Source: Candidatus Undinarchaeota archaeon (GTDB lineage: Archaea; SpSt-1190; JASMDC01). From it: a stretch of DNA of 64,000 nt. The notes under the pieces are model-generated. The model searched no databases, was not told where the DNA came from, and saw only the letters and a list, made by a program, of their open reading frames with translations. This document shows, piece by piece, positions 54,187 through 63,177 of this stretch (the first letter of the stretch is position 1; each line of letters starts with the position of its first letter). The position numbers and the translations under genes were made by a program. The stretch covers positions 282,132 to 346,131 of the forward strand of contig CAZFHY010000001.1 in NCBI GenBank assembly GCA_964519305.1. The letters run 5' to 3'.

Positions 54187-55074
54187 ATGGTCAAGGTATG
54201 TGTCATCGGCGCGATCAACTGGGACATCAACTACTTCGTTGATCACCTGCCCGCACAGGGCGAGGAGGTGCTCGTAGAACGGAAGGACACGTGCCCCGGT
54301 GGCACCGGCGCCAACGTCGCCACCGCCGCTGCCCGGCTGATGGCAACTGGCGAGGTAGCCATGCTCGGTGGGCTGGGCCGTGATGACATCGCGCAGCGCC
54401 AGCGCACCCTCATGTCCGCGGAGGGCATCGACACAGAGGGCGTGCTCACCCTCGACGCGGAGTCGGGCCAGGCCCATATCACCATCGATGCGAACGGCGA
54501 GAACACCATCGTCACCATCATGGGTGCCAACGCGCTGGTCACGCCCGAGACACTGCACACACCTGCAGTCGAGCGGCTTCTGTGGGCTGCGGACGTCGTG
54601 GTCATCACAGATCCACCCCTCGAAGCAATATCGACCATCGTCGAGCTCGCGGGTGACGCCGTCCTCGTGTGGGACCCCGGCGTACGGATTGCCGAGGCAG
54701 GTCCATCCCTTCTGGAACGGATGGACTATCTCGTGCTCAACGAGGTCGAGGCGAAGGGGCTTGCCCCCGAGGTCCTTCAGCGGACCGCCATGATCGAGAA
54801 GCTGGGGAAGGCAGGATGTCGCTTCTCGGGCCCCGAGGGCAGCATCGAGGCCTCGGGCGTCGACCTGGGGGTCCTGGAGCTGGAAGCGGTGAACACCGTG
54901 GGGTGCGGCGATGCGTTCCTGGGAGCGTTCGCGGCGTCTATTGCCAGCGGTCTCGATGTCAATGAATCACTTGCACGAGCGAACCTTGCCGGGGCCATCA
55001 ACGCGTCCCGGGCCGAGACCCGCGGCTCACCGACACTTGCGGAGCTGGAAGAAGCTCTTGAGCGTCTCGGTTGA
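54187..55074 (+). CDS. PfkB family carbohydrate kinase (ribokinase-like)
   Basis: VIGAINWD, PGGTGANVATAAARL, SGQA.I..DANGEN.I, LNEVEA, NTVGCGDAF. Confidence 0.9.
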   Translation: MVKVCVIGAINWDINYFVDHLPAQGEEVLVERKDTCPGGTGANVATAAARLMATGEVAMLGGLGRDDIAQRQRTLMSAEGIDTEGVLTLDAESGQAHITIDANGENTIVTIMGANALVTPETLHTPAVERLLWAADVVVITDPPLEAISTIVELAGDAVLVWDPGVRIAEAGPSLLERMDYLVLNEVEAKGLAPEVLQRTAMIEKLGKAGCRFSGPEGSIEASGVDLGVLELEAVNTVGCGDAFLGAFAASIASGLDVNESLARANLAGAINASRAETRGSPTLAELEEALERLG

Positions 55075-55080
55075 GCCGCT

Positions 55081-55491
55081 CTATACGCCGATGCTGTCCT
55101 CTGTGAGCAGCTTGCGCTGGAACGCCGTCCGCTGTCCCATGAGGATGTACTCGGGCAACAGGTCGGGGTCCGCGCTCGGGCCGGAGACACATCCCAGCTC
55201 GTCGAAGAGCTTGGCCTGTTCGGTGCGCTCCATCCCCGTGAGGTCCTCACGAGTGTATCGCTCCACGCCGGGCACGTCATCGTAGAGGCCCTGAGCAAAG
55301 GCATCGGCCTCCAGCCTGACGATCGAGTAGATCAGGTCCCCGTTGGACAGGTCACTGGTCGGGGCGTGAGGTCCCTCGTCGCGTACCGGTAGGTCGCGGT
55401 AGACGTCCTGCAGCTCGGTGAAGGACATGGGCTCAAGCTCTGCGACGGTGTATACGTGGATACCGGGATCGGCTGCCTCGTAGGGGATCAT
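55081..55491 (-). CDS. Small acidic protein with two tandem Rho-N/HeH-like helical repeats
   Basis: PGIHVYTVAELEPMSFTELQDVYRDL...DLIYSIV versus PGVERYTREDLTGMERTEQAKLFDEL...LLPEYIL; BRE/TATA GGGGAAAGGTATAAATA upstream. Confidence 0.65.
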   Translation of the reverse strand: MIPYEAADPGIHVYTVAELEPMSFTELQDVYRDLPVRDEGPHAPTSDLSNGDLIYSIVRLEADAFAQGLYDDVPGVERYTREDLTGMERTEQAKLFDELGCVSGPSADPDLLPEYILMGQRTAFQRKLLTEDSIGV

Positions 55492-55539
55492 TGACGGCGA
55501 ACGGCCCGGGGGCCGCTATTTATACCTTTCCCCGGGGCG

Positions 55540-56169
55540 CTACCGGCCTTCGAACTCCTCTATCCGCCGGAACGATACCTCGATCCGATCATCGACAACG
55601 TCGTCGCTTCCAACGTACATGGTCATCCGCGCAGACTCCACGTAGGCCTGCGGATCACGTATCAGGGACATCATGATGGCCTCCATCCCCGCATCGTCCC
55701 GTGACGCTAGCGCCTCCTCGATGAGGGGGACGTACACATCTGACACGTCATCGCTCTCGAACTTGAGCTCTACTACGATCGTGTCGTCTCCATCCGTGTC
55801 CTCGAACGTGTAGCCGGTCCAGTTGGGGATGTCCCAGCCCTTGCGGAACTCGCTCTCGATGCACACAGGAGCGTCCATGACGTACCCGTCGCCATCCTCC
55901 ACGAGGTCGGCGCCGTAGATGCGGTGGGTGGTGGTGCCCTCGCCAAGGTACGAGCTCATGTCGCCCAGGGGCAGGGTGAGCGTGCTGTACGCCGGCTCCT
56001 CCACCTCGTGCTCGACAGGCTCGTCGGCACCATCCCCACCCAGAGGGACCGTTGTGATGGGGCCGAAGGAGATCATAGGATGGGTATGATAGGAGATGGC
56101 AGCGCACTCGTCGCCAGAAAGGGTCCGTGAATCGTAAAGATCGTCACCGTCGTAGAGCTCTATTTCCAT
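55540..56169 (-). CDS. Acidic hypothetical protein
   Basis: 209 aa, D/E-rich, codon style like its neighbours; no recognised family. Confidence 0.65.
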   Translation of the reverse strand: MEIELYDGDDLYDSRTLSGDECAAISYHTHPMISFGPITTVPLGGDGADEPVEHEVEEPAYSTLTLPLGDMSSYLGEGTTTHRIYGADLVEDGDGYVMDAPVCIESEFRKGWDIPNWTGYTFEDTDGDDTIVVELKFESDDVSDVYVPLIEEALASRDDAGMEAIMMSLIRDPQAYVESARMTMYVGSDDVVDDRIEVSFRRIEEFEGR

Positions 56170-56300
56170 GGGATTTCACCCGGGGGAGGGCATCGAGCAG
56201 GGGAGCCTGGTTAAATGTGTACGCTTCCCGAGTTGTCACCACTCCGCAGGGACATCTAAAGGAAAGGTTTAAGAACCGGACAGGGGGCCGCACGAGCACC

Positions 56301-57257
56301 GTGACGGAGTATGTCGTATCCAGCATAGATCACACCGTCCCCCAGTACATGGAGCTGCTGCACAAGCTCGAACTGGTGAACGACCAGGACTCCGTCCATA
56401 CCATCAAACCCTCTAACGCGGAAGCGTACGAGCTCGACCACGCCGAGCCCGATGACCTCGTGGCCATGTACGAGAACGTTCCCCGGGAGGACGGGCCGGT
56501 CATCATGCTGAACGGCTCGGGCACCTACCATCACCTCACCTACGGTATGTGCCGTGGGGCCATCGACAAGCAGGAGGTACCGTACACCGTTTTCCACTTC
56601 GACAAGCACGGTGACTCGCGCCCCAGCGATGGCACGATCGACTGTGGTAATTATCTTTCCAGGCTCACAAAGGACTCCCCGTACGCCACCAAGCAGGTGG
56701 TCATCGGAGCAGACTGCATGGTCGACAACGCCAAGTGGATGGACACCGAGGTGCTCGACAAGGACGCTGGTATCTACCCCTACTCGGTTGCGGAGGCACG
56801 GTACACCAAGATGGACCACGAGCCCGATGTGGACTGCGTTTCGAAGCAGTACGATCCGGCCAAGCACTGGGTTGACGTGGAATGGCATACCGTGGAGAAG
56901 GAGGGCATCGAGGGCATAGTCAACCGTGCTCTTGACAGGACCGGGACGGACGCCGTGTACATCACCGTCGACCTGGACGTCCTAAGTCCAGAGTACGCGT
57001 CCACCGACTGGTCCAACGGCAAGATGTCGCTGGACGAGCTGCTGGACGCCATCAAGCTCATCCGCGAGGAGAAGCAGGTGCTGGGTATCGATATCACCGG
57101 CACCGACCGGGGTCTCGAGGAGTCCTGCTGCCACACCTACTACTCCATCGCCGCCATCGTCAACGAGGTCACCGACGGTCCGCACGACCGCGAGTTCTTC
57201 AAGGACAATATCAGGACAGAGCGCGGGATCCTGCGCACCCTCGGGATGCTGGATTAA
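56301..57257 (+). CDS. Arginase/ureohydrolase family protein (GSGxYHH subgroup)
   Basis: GTG 56301 after GGAAAGGTTTAAG; GSGTYHHLT, FDKHGD, YITVDLDVL, TDWSNG, GIDITG. Confidence 0.8.
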   Translation: MTEYVVSSIDHTVPQYMELLHKLELVNDQDSVHTIKPSNAEAYELDHAEPDDLVAMYENVPREDGPVIMLNGSGTYHHLTYGMCRGAIDKQEVPYTVFHFDKHGDSRPSDGTIDCGNYLSRLTKDSPYATKQVVIGADCMVDNAKWMDTEVLDKDAGIYPYSVAEARYTKMDHEPDVDCVSKQYDPAKHWVDVEWHTVEKEGIEGIVNRALDRTGTDAVYITVDLDVLSPEYASTDWSNGKMSLDELLDAIKLIREEKQVLGIDITGTDRGLEESCCHTYYSIAAIVNEVTDGPHDREFFKDNIRTERGILRTLGMLD

Positions 57258-58141
57258 TGGCTTACGTCGATCTTGAACGGACCGACTGGGACGCCTATCT
57301 CACTCCGCTCCTCGACGGTGCCACGGACCTGGGCGACGCCATCACCGGGGAGGTCCGGGACGGTGAGACAGATGCGCTCGGGGCCTATGAGCACGTGCGC
57401 AACGAGCGGCAGGAGGCCGTCAAGGACATGCTCGAAGCGCATGGGCTCACGTACGAGGTGGAGCAGTTCTACCACGAGACGTGCGGTCCTGCTTCCAACA
57501 TCGTGGCAACGCTCCCGGGCGGGGATGCGGGCACCGTCTACATCAACGCACATTCCGACTACATCGCCGGCACGGGCGCCGAGGACAACGCCTCCGGCAT
57601 CGCCGTCGCACTGGCAGCCGTAGACCGATTGCACGGTCGCGACCTGCCCTTCACTGTCAAGCTCGCCATTTTCGACTGCGAGGAGGTGGACGCCGGCGGT
57701 TCGCGGTACCATGCGGGATCGCTGTCCAGTGGAGATCGTGAGGATATCCTTGCAGTGATCAACCTGGACTGCGTAGGCGCGGGACCTGACCTTGTCATCC
57801 CACGGGCCACTCTGGACATCGCCAACTGGGGCGGGTACACAGAGGTGGACCCCGGGCTTCACACCCGCCTAGTGGATGCAGCTCATGAAGGTGGGTACGA
57901 ACCGGTCACTGCCCGGTTCTCGACGTTCTACGCCGACCACGGCCCCTTCTGCGAGGAGGGGATGCCGGCGGCAACCATCGGTTCCGCTGTGATGCTCGAC
58001 GAGGATGATGTCGACCCCGACTTCGCGAGCGTCGTGCACTCACAGAAGGACATCGGCCCATCCCTGAACACCTCGTACCTGGACCGAGCTCTGAATGTGG
58101 TGCTGGGCACGGTAGAGGACATCGCTGCGGACGTGCAATAA
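57257..58141 (+). CDS. M28 family metallopeptidase
   Basis: TAATG overlap; NIVA, NAHSD, GAEDNASG, DCEE, GSR, NLDCVG, ADH.PF, VHS..D. Confidence 0.88.
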   Translation: MAYVDLERTDWDAYLTPLLDGATDLGDAITGEVRDGETDALGAYEHVRNERQEAVKDMLEAHGLTYEVEQFYHETCGPASNIVATLPGGDAGTVYINAHSDYIAGTGAEDNASGIAVALAAVDRLHGRDLPFTVKLAIFDCEEVDAGGSRYHAGSLSSGDREDILAVINLDCVGAGPDLVIPRATLDIANWGGYTEVDPGLHTRLVDAAHEGGYEPVTARFSTFYADHGPFCEEGMPAATIGSAVMLDEDDVDPDFASVVHSQKDIGPSLNTSYLDRALNVVLGTVEDIAADVQ

Positions 58142-58205
58142 TCACGCTTCTCAGTGCACATCTCCGAAAAGCAATTAATAGTCTTCAGCCTATTCAATTA
58201 CTAGG

Positions 58206-58442
58206 ATGGCCGACGAGGTGCCCGAGGAGAAGGATGTCACGTCCGAGGCAGCGGATGACGAACCGCTGGAGAACGGCAACTTCGAGCTCGCCATGGGCAC
58301 CGGGCTCGGAGCGCTTGCAGCTGGAGAGATCGCGGTCCTCGGCCTCGCCTGCCCGGCCTGCATCGTCGGTGCTCCTTTCCTTATCGGCGCCGGTGCGCTC
58401 AAGAAGATGCGACGCTGGCGGTGCGGAACCCCTACCGAGTGA
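58206..58442 (+). CDS. Small membrane protein with CPAC motif
   Basis: 78 aa; acidic N-terminus, Gly-rich hydrophobic hairpin containing CPAC, basic tail. Confidence 0.55.
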   Translation: MADEVPEEKDVTSEAADDEPLENGNFELAMGTGLGALAAGEIAVLGLACPACIVGAPFLIGAGALKKMRRWRCGTPTE

Positions 58443-58499
58443 TACAGATAGCCCCACGGAAAGGTATAAAACGCGGTCAGCTGGCCGTGCGACTCACTT

Positions 58500-59300
58500 A
58501 TGTACGACCTTGTCAACGAGGAGCGGCCGTCCACCATCCGTGTGGGACTCATCAGGACCTCCACCGACACCGACCGGTTCTACGTGAGGGACGACCAGCC
58601 CTACGACACGGAGCTGGTGCGGGAGTCGGAGGAGCTGATCGAGAAGTACCTGGACGCCGACGTGGACATCCTGGTGGCCCCTGAGTACACCTTCCTCGCG
58701 GACCGGCCTTTCACCACGAAGGAGAAGGACGAGCTGATGACCTCCATGGCCGAGCGCACCAAGGACCGGGACCTCCTGCTCCTGCCTGGCACCTACGTGT
58801 GGGCCGACGGCACGGACCTCCACAACACGCTGCCCATCATCTACGGCGGCGAGGTCGTCCGGGCTTACGACAAGAAGGTCGACGGGGGCGACTCGAAGAT
58901 CGCCGACAGGTACTGGCGTGAGTTCACACCGGGAACGGAGAGCGGCGTGATCCCCTACAAGGATCTGGAGCTGGGCGTCGAGGTCTGTGCCGACCACCAC
59001 CAGCGCAACGGGCGCGGTGGCGTGTCGAACCCGGGCCGCCTGCTCACCGAGGAAGGTCCCGACTCCCTGGACCTCCAGCTTATCGTCTCCTGCGGGATGT
59101 CGATCCATGATAAAGCGCTGGCCGTGCGGGAGAACGGGTACGCCCTGTGTTGCGACGGCAACGCCGGTGGTCGGACGGGCCCGTCGACGTCAGTGAATAT
59201 GAGGGTGCTGGGCGCGGACGACGAGTATCACACCCTGCCCATCGAGCCCACTGAGGTCCACGGTGACCTGTACATCTACGAGCTGCCTCTCAAAACGTGA
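58500..59300 (+). CDS. Carbon-nitrogen hydrolase (nitrilase superfamily), paralog 1
   Basis: E-K-C triad: VAPEY, YDKK, EVCADH; also HNTLPII. Confidence 0.82.
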   Translation: MYDLVNEERPSTIRVGLIRTSTDTDRFYVRDDQPYDTELVRESEELIEKYLDADVDILVAPEYTFLADRPFTTKEKDELMTSMAERTKDRDLLLLPGTYVWADGTDLHNTLPIIYGGEVVRAYDKKVDGGDSKIADRYWREFTPGTESGVIPYKDLELGVEVCADHHQRNGRGGVSNPGRLLTEEGPDSLDLQLIVSCGMSIHDKALAVRENGYALCCDGNAGGRTGPSTSVNMRVLGADDEYHTLPIEPTEVHGDLYIYELPLKT

Positions 59301-59382
59301 GCAATAGCCGTTTTCAGGCGTGCGCAACCCCGTCAGGGTGTACTGAACGTTTATAAGGCGACCCTGAAGCACGGCGTCTCAT

Positions 59383-60177
59383 ATGACATACGACCTTGAC
59401 ATCGATGGATCCGAGGAGCGGCCCCGGACCATCCGCGTCGGACTCATCCAGAAGGAGACATCGCACAAGGACTTCGGTCTCCCTGAGAAGGGGCCGTACG
59501 ACACGCACGGTCTATCCGTCTACGAGGGCATCATCGAGCGCGCCCTCGAGTCCGATGTCGATGTCCTGGTCGCGCCCGAGTACTTCTTCATGCCCGGCCG
59601 GCCACTCCATCCCGAGGAGAAGGACGAGCTTGTGGGCGGGATGGCCGCCCGTACAAAGGGAAAGGACCTCCTGCTCCTTCCGGGCACGTACGTCTGGCAG
59701 GACAAGGAGCACATCCACAACACGCTGCCCATTATCCACGACGGCGAGGTCGTCCGTAACTACGGGAAGCAGTTCGACGGCGGCGAGGCCGAGATCGCCA
59801 TGGCCTACGATCGCGAGTTCAAGAGCGGGAGCGAGGACGGTGCGTTCACCTACAAGGGTCTCGACATGGGCGTGGAGGTATGTGCTGACCACTACCAGAA
59901 GCACGAGTGGGGCGCGGTCCGCAATCCCGGATGTCTCCAGGGCGAGGTGGACGAGGGTCTAGACCTCCAGCTCGTGGTCTCCTGTGGCATGACCATCCAC
60001 GACCAGGCACTGGCCGTACGCGAAGGCGGGTACGCCGTGCTCTGCGACGGGTACATCCCCATGGTGCAGGTCTACCGATACGCGCCTGACGACGACGGCC
60101 TCCTTACAACCCATCGACTAGATCCGGTGGAGGTCCGCGGCCAGCTGCACATCTACGAGCTCGAGATCGACAGGTAG
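59383..60177 (+). CDS. Carbon-nitrogen hydrolase (nitrilase superfamily), paralog 2
   Basis: VAPEY, YGKQ, EVCADH; collinear with paralog 1. Confidence 0.82.
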   Translation: MTYDLDIDGSEERPRTIRVGLIQKETSHKDFGLPEKGPYDTHGLSVYEGIIERALESDVDVLVAPEYFFMPGRPLHPEEKDELVGGMAARTKGKDLLLLPGTYVWQDKEHIHNTLPIIHDGEVVRNYGKQFDGGEAEIAMAYDREFKSGSEDGAFTYKGLDMGVEVCADHYQKHEWGAVRNPGCLQGEVDEGLDLQLVVSCGMTIHDQALAVREGGYAVLCDGYIPMVQVYRYAPDDDGLLTTHRLDPVEVRGQLHIYELEIDR

Positions 60178-60192
60178 GTCTGTCGGGAAGGT

Positions 60193-60507
60193 TCACATAC
60201 CTAGTTCCTGCAGGTCCTCCTCCGTGAGTAGGATATCACGGATATTGCTATGTGCGTCATACTCGTGAAGAAAAGCGAGCACCCGGCCCACGTCCTCGTT
60301 ACGGATGATGAGCACGGACTTCTCCGGCCTGATAAAAGGCACGTCCTCGAGAAATCCTGCCCTGCTGTAGGTGTACTTGCCGCCATCGGGCCGGTCGGTC
60401 CATCCATAGAACTTACGGCAGAACCGGTTACGGTCCTTGGGGGGGAGGTGACCGAGCTCGTAAACCACCAGCTTTCCGGTGACCATTGATGATGAAGTGT
60501 ACGACAT
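60193..60507 (-). CDS. Small conserved archaeal protein, possible Cas2/VapD-like ferredoxin fold
   Basis: LVVYEL......RNRFCRKFYG.......KY.Y.R.GFL...P......SVLII; fold call is inference. Confidence 0.6.
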   Translation of the reverse strand: MSYTSSSMVTGKLVVYELGHLPPKDRNRFCRKFYGWTDRPDGGKYTYSRAGFLEDVPFIRPEKSVLIIRNEDVGRVLAFLHEYDAHSNIRDILLTEEDLQELGM

Positions 60508-60664
60508 AGTATATGCTCTTCTGTTACGACCGATAGTAGTACCTGCCCCGCACCATTACGTTATGGTTTAGTATATAGGTGTATGACTGTTATGTTTATC
60601 ATATACTTTAAATTCCCCGGCCGCTTGGGAAGGTTCTTATATCTATGGTTCTCCCTCTGCCCCA

Positions 60665-60928
60665 ATGGTCTATGAGGGCCTGAACCAGTGGGAAAAACAG
60701 AAAGCATTGGAGAGAACCTACCGGAAGCAGGTGAGTGAGCGGATCCAGACCCAGAGCGGCGAGTCCGAGTATGTTATCAAGCGGCTCAAGACTGGGATCC
60801 AACTAATCTACTACACCCGGGAAGGCGGCAGATGGCGACCCGAAGATCGTGTTTTTATCCCCGACGAGCTCAAGGAGGAGCTGTTGGAGATGCTCTCACG
60901 CATCTGGAACGCTGATGCGAACCAGTAA
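60665..60928 (+). CDS. Hypothetical protein
   Basis: 87 aa; upstream GAAGGTTCTTATAT box at leaderless spacing. Confidence 0.55.
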   Translation: MVYEGLNQWEKQKALERTYRKQVSERIQTQSGESEYVIKRLKTGIQLIYYTREGGRWRPEDRVFIPDELKEELLEMLSRIWNADANQ

Positions 60929-61000
60929 TCAAACAAGAAACCGCACGCCGAACGCCACTCCGAGAACTCATAGGAGTGGGAGCATTTCTTCGCTGGCCCT

Positions 61001-61663
61001 CTACCCTACCAGTTTCCCGATCCGCGGCACATCCTCCGCCGTGGCGACCACGACAACGTCGTCGCCTGCCTGGATCTTCGTCTTGCCATGGGTGATGATG
61101 ACCTTCCCCTCGCGGATGACCGCCACGAACAGGAAGCCCTCGGGGAAATCCTCCTGGGCGGCCAGCTCGGACACGTTCTTCCCCGTGATGGACGAGCCCT
61201 CGGGCACCTTGACTATCAAAAGCTCCGCCGCACCTCTGGCCAGGCTGGCAACCCGGCGGACGGTGGGCTCCTCGATCTCCAGCATCATCTCGTTGTAGAG
61301 GATGTCGGCCCATCCCTCGACGTGGTGGGCGCCCGCCAGACGGAAAACCTCGTCGTAGTCGGGGTCCACGATCTTGGCGACTATCTTGGGGACCTTGTAG
61401 CGTTTGCCGATGACGCATACGGCCACGTTCTCCAGGTCTTTGGGCAGAACGGCCACAAGAGTGTCGGCACGGTCGATCCCGGCCTCCTCAAGCACGGCAG
61501 GCCGCTCGGGCGAGCCGTTGATCACCAGGGCGCCCGACTCAGCGCGCACGTCCTCGCATCGCTGGCGGTCCTCCTCGACCACGACGACGTCGTGCCCGTT
61601 CTCGGCGAGACCTTTGGCCAGCTTGCGGCCCAGAAGCCCCGCCCCGACGATGATCACGTGCAT
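61001..61663 (-). CDS. trkA: Trk potassium uptake NAD-binding subunit
   Basis: IIVGAGLLG, LEEAGIDRAD, RCK_N plus RCK_C (AVIREG....G.T.IQAGD). Confidence 0.92.
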   Translation of the reverse strand: MHVIIVGAGLLGRKLAKGLAENGHDVVVVEEDRQRCEDVRAESGALVINGSPERPAVLEEAGIDRADTLVAVLPKDLENVAVCVIGKRYKVPKIVAKIVDPDYDEVFRLAGAHHVEGWADILYNEMMLEIEEPTVRRVASLARGAAELLIVKVPEGSSITGKNVSELAAQEDFPEGFLFVAVIREGKVIITHGKTKIQAGDDVVVVATAEDVPRIGKLVG

Positions 61664-61671
61664 GGTTCAGT

Positions 61672-63108
61672 TCACCTTGGGAAGCCTTTCCAGGTCTTGG
61701 GATCGGCCAGGACCAGGAGCGGCAGGATCTCAAGTCTACCTGCGAGCATACCAAATATATAGGTTAGCTTGACGGCGGCGTGGAGCTGCGTGCCCGCGGG
61801 CACGTACCAAGGTCCGATGTTGCCCAGAGCGGAGAACATCCCGCTAGCAGCCTCGAAGGGCCCCATGTCCCCGTGAAACACCAGGGTGACCAGCGTACCG
61901 GCGAGCAACAGCGCAAGGTAGAGCACGAACATCCCGGCTATGCGGGTGAGCGCGGACTCAGGTACGGGCTTATTGGCCACGACCACGGGCGCTACCGCCC
62001 GTCGGGGGATGCGCAGACGGTAGAGCTCGCGCCGGGCGAGCTTGAGCAGGAGGACGAACCGGGCCACCTTGAGCCCGCCGCCGGTGGAGCCGACGCAACC
62101 GCCGATGACCATGAGCACGAGGAACACCACCCGCGACACGGCCGGGAACGCCCCGATGTCCCGGGTGCCGAACCCCGTCGTAGTGAGAACCGACACGACC
62201 TGGAAGGCAGCGTCAGAGGCCTCTGTACCGGTGGGCGCTGTATGCCAGCGCAGGTCGCTCCATACAAGGAGCGTGGTGAGCACGATGATGAGGGCATAGG
62301 CCTTCAGCTCGTAATTGCTCAGGGCCCTGCGCAGGTCCTTGGTGAGCGCCAGGTGGACAAGGGCGAAGTTCACACCGCCCAGTGCCATGAAGAGGATGAC
62401 GGCCGGCGCCACGGCGGCCGGGTATGCGGCGATGCTCGCTGCCCGGGTCGAGTAGCCGCCGGTGGAGAGGCAAGTCAGCGCGTGGGCCAGGGCGTCGAAG
62501 GGGTCCATCCCCAGCGCTATGAAGGTGACCGCTGCTGCCACAGTGAGCCCCACATACACCCGCCAGAGCCCCTGGATCGACGAGATAAGTCCGGGGCGCA
62601 GACGTCCGGCCTCCACCTTGTGCGTCTCGGCTGCAAAGAGCTGGAACGCCGCCGATGAACCCGGGACCACCACCGCCAGGAAGAAGGTAAGGATCCCAAG
62701 CCCACCCAGCCACTGGGTGAGCGCCCGCCACAGCAGGAGACTTTCGGGAAGGGTGGCGGGATCGGAGACCATGGTGATGCCCGTGGTCGTGAATCCCGAG
62801 ACTGCCTCGAAGTACGCGTCCAGAGGGGCCATGTGCCCGACCAGGTAGAACGGGAGCGCGCCAATACCGGACACCACCACCCACGACAGGGTGCACACGG
62901 CCATGGCCTCCTGGACCGTGGGGGCCTTGATCCCCAGGGGCCGGGAGGCGGTCCAGCACAGCAGTGCCAGGACGGCCGCTACGAGGTGCGCCGAGACGGT
63001 GTACCAGGGCTCGCCCGCCGCCGCCCCCATCAGGGCTGGGATGAGGAGCGTGGCCCCGACGATGCGCAGCACGGCACCCAGATAGGCCGCGATGACGCGC
63101 GCACGCAT
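61672..63108 (-). CDS. trkH: Trk potassium uptake membrane subunit
   Basis: FEAVSGFTTTG, WRALTQWLGGLG, STGG, TTTGF, GGCVGSTGGGLK, SALGNIGP, GRLEI; start ATG 63108. Confidence 0.93.
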   Translation of the reverse strand: MRARVIAAYLGAVLRIVGATLLIPALMGAAAGEPWYTVSAHLVAAVLALLCWTASRPLGIKAPTVQEAMAVCTLSWVVVSGIGALPFYLVGHMAPLDAYFEAVSGFTTTGITMVSDPATLPESLLLWRALTQWLGGLGILTFFLAVVVPGSSAAFQLFAAETHKVEAGRLRPGLISSIQGLWRVYVGLTVAAAVTFIALGMDPFDALAHALTCLSTGGYSTRAASIAAYPAAVAPAVILFMALGGVNFALVHLALTKDLRRALSNYELKAYALIIVLTTLLVWSDLRWHTAPTGTEASDAAFQVVSVLTTTGFGTRDIGAFPAVSRVVFLVLMVIGGCVGSTGGGLKVARFVLLLKLARRELYRLRIPRRAVAPVVVANKPVPESALTRIAGMFVLYLALLLAGTLVTLVFHGDMGPFEAASGMFSALGNIGPWYVPAGTQLHAAVKLTYIFGMLAGRLEILPLLVLADPKTWKGFPR

Positions 63109-63177
63109 GGCACCCACCACGAGCGTTTCCTTTATATCAATTGCCAGCGACAAGAGGATACAGCGGGGAGGGTTTCG

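Noticed and set aside
59333-59367. TCAGGGT...ACCCTGA inverted repeat flanking the TATA of nitrilase paralog 2
   Set aside because: Single 7-bp occurrence, not seen at paralog 1; could be chance.
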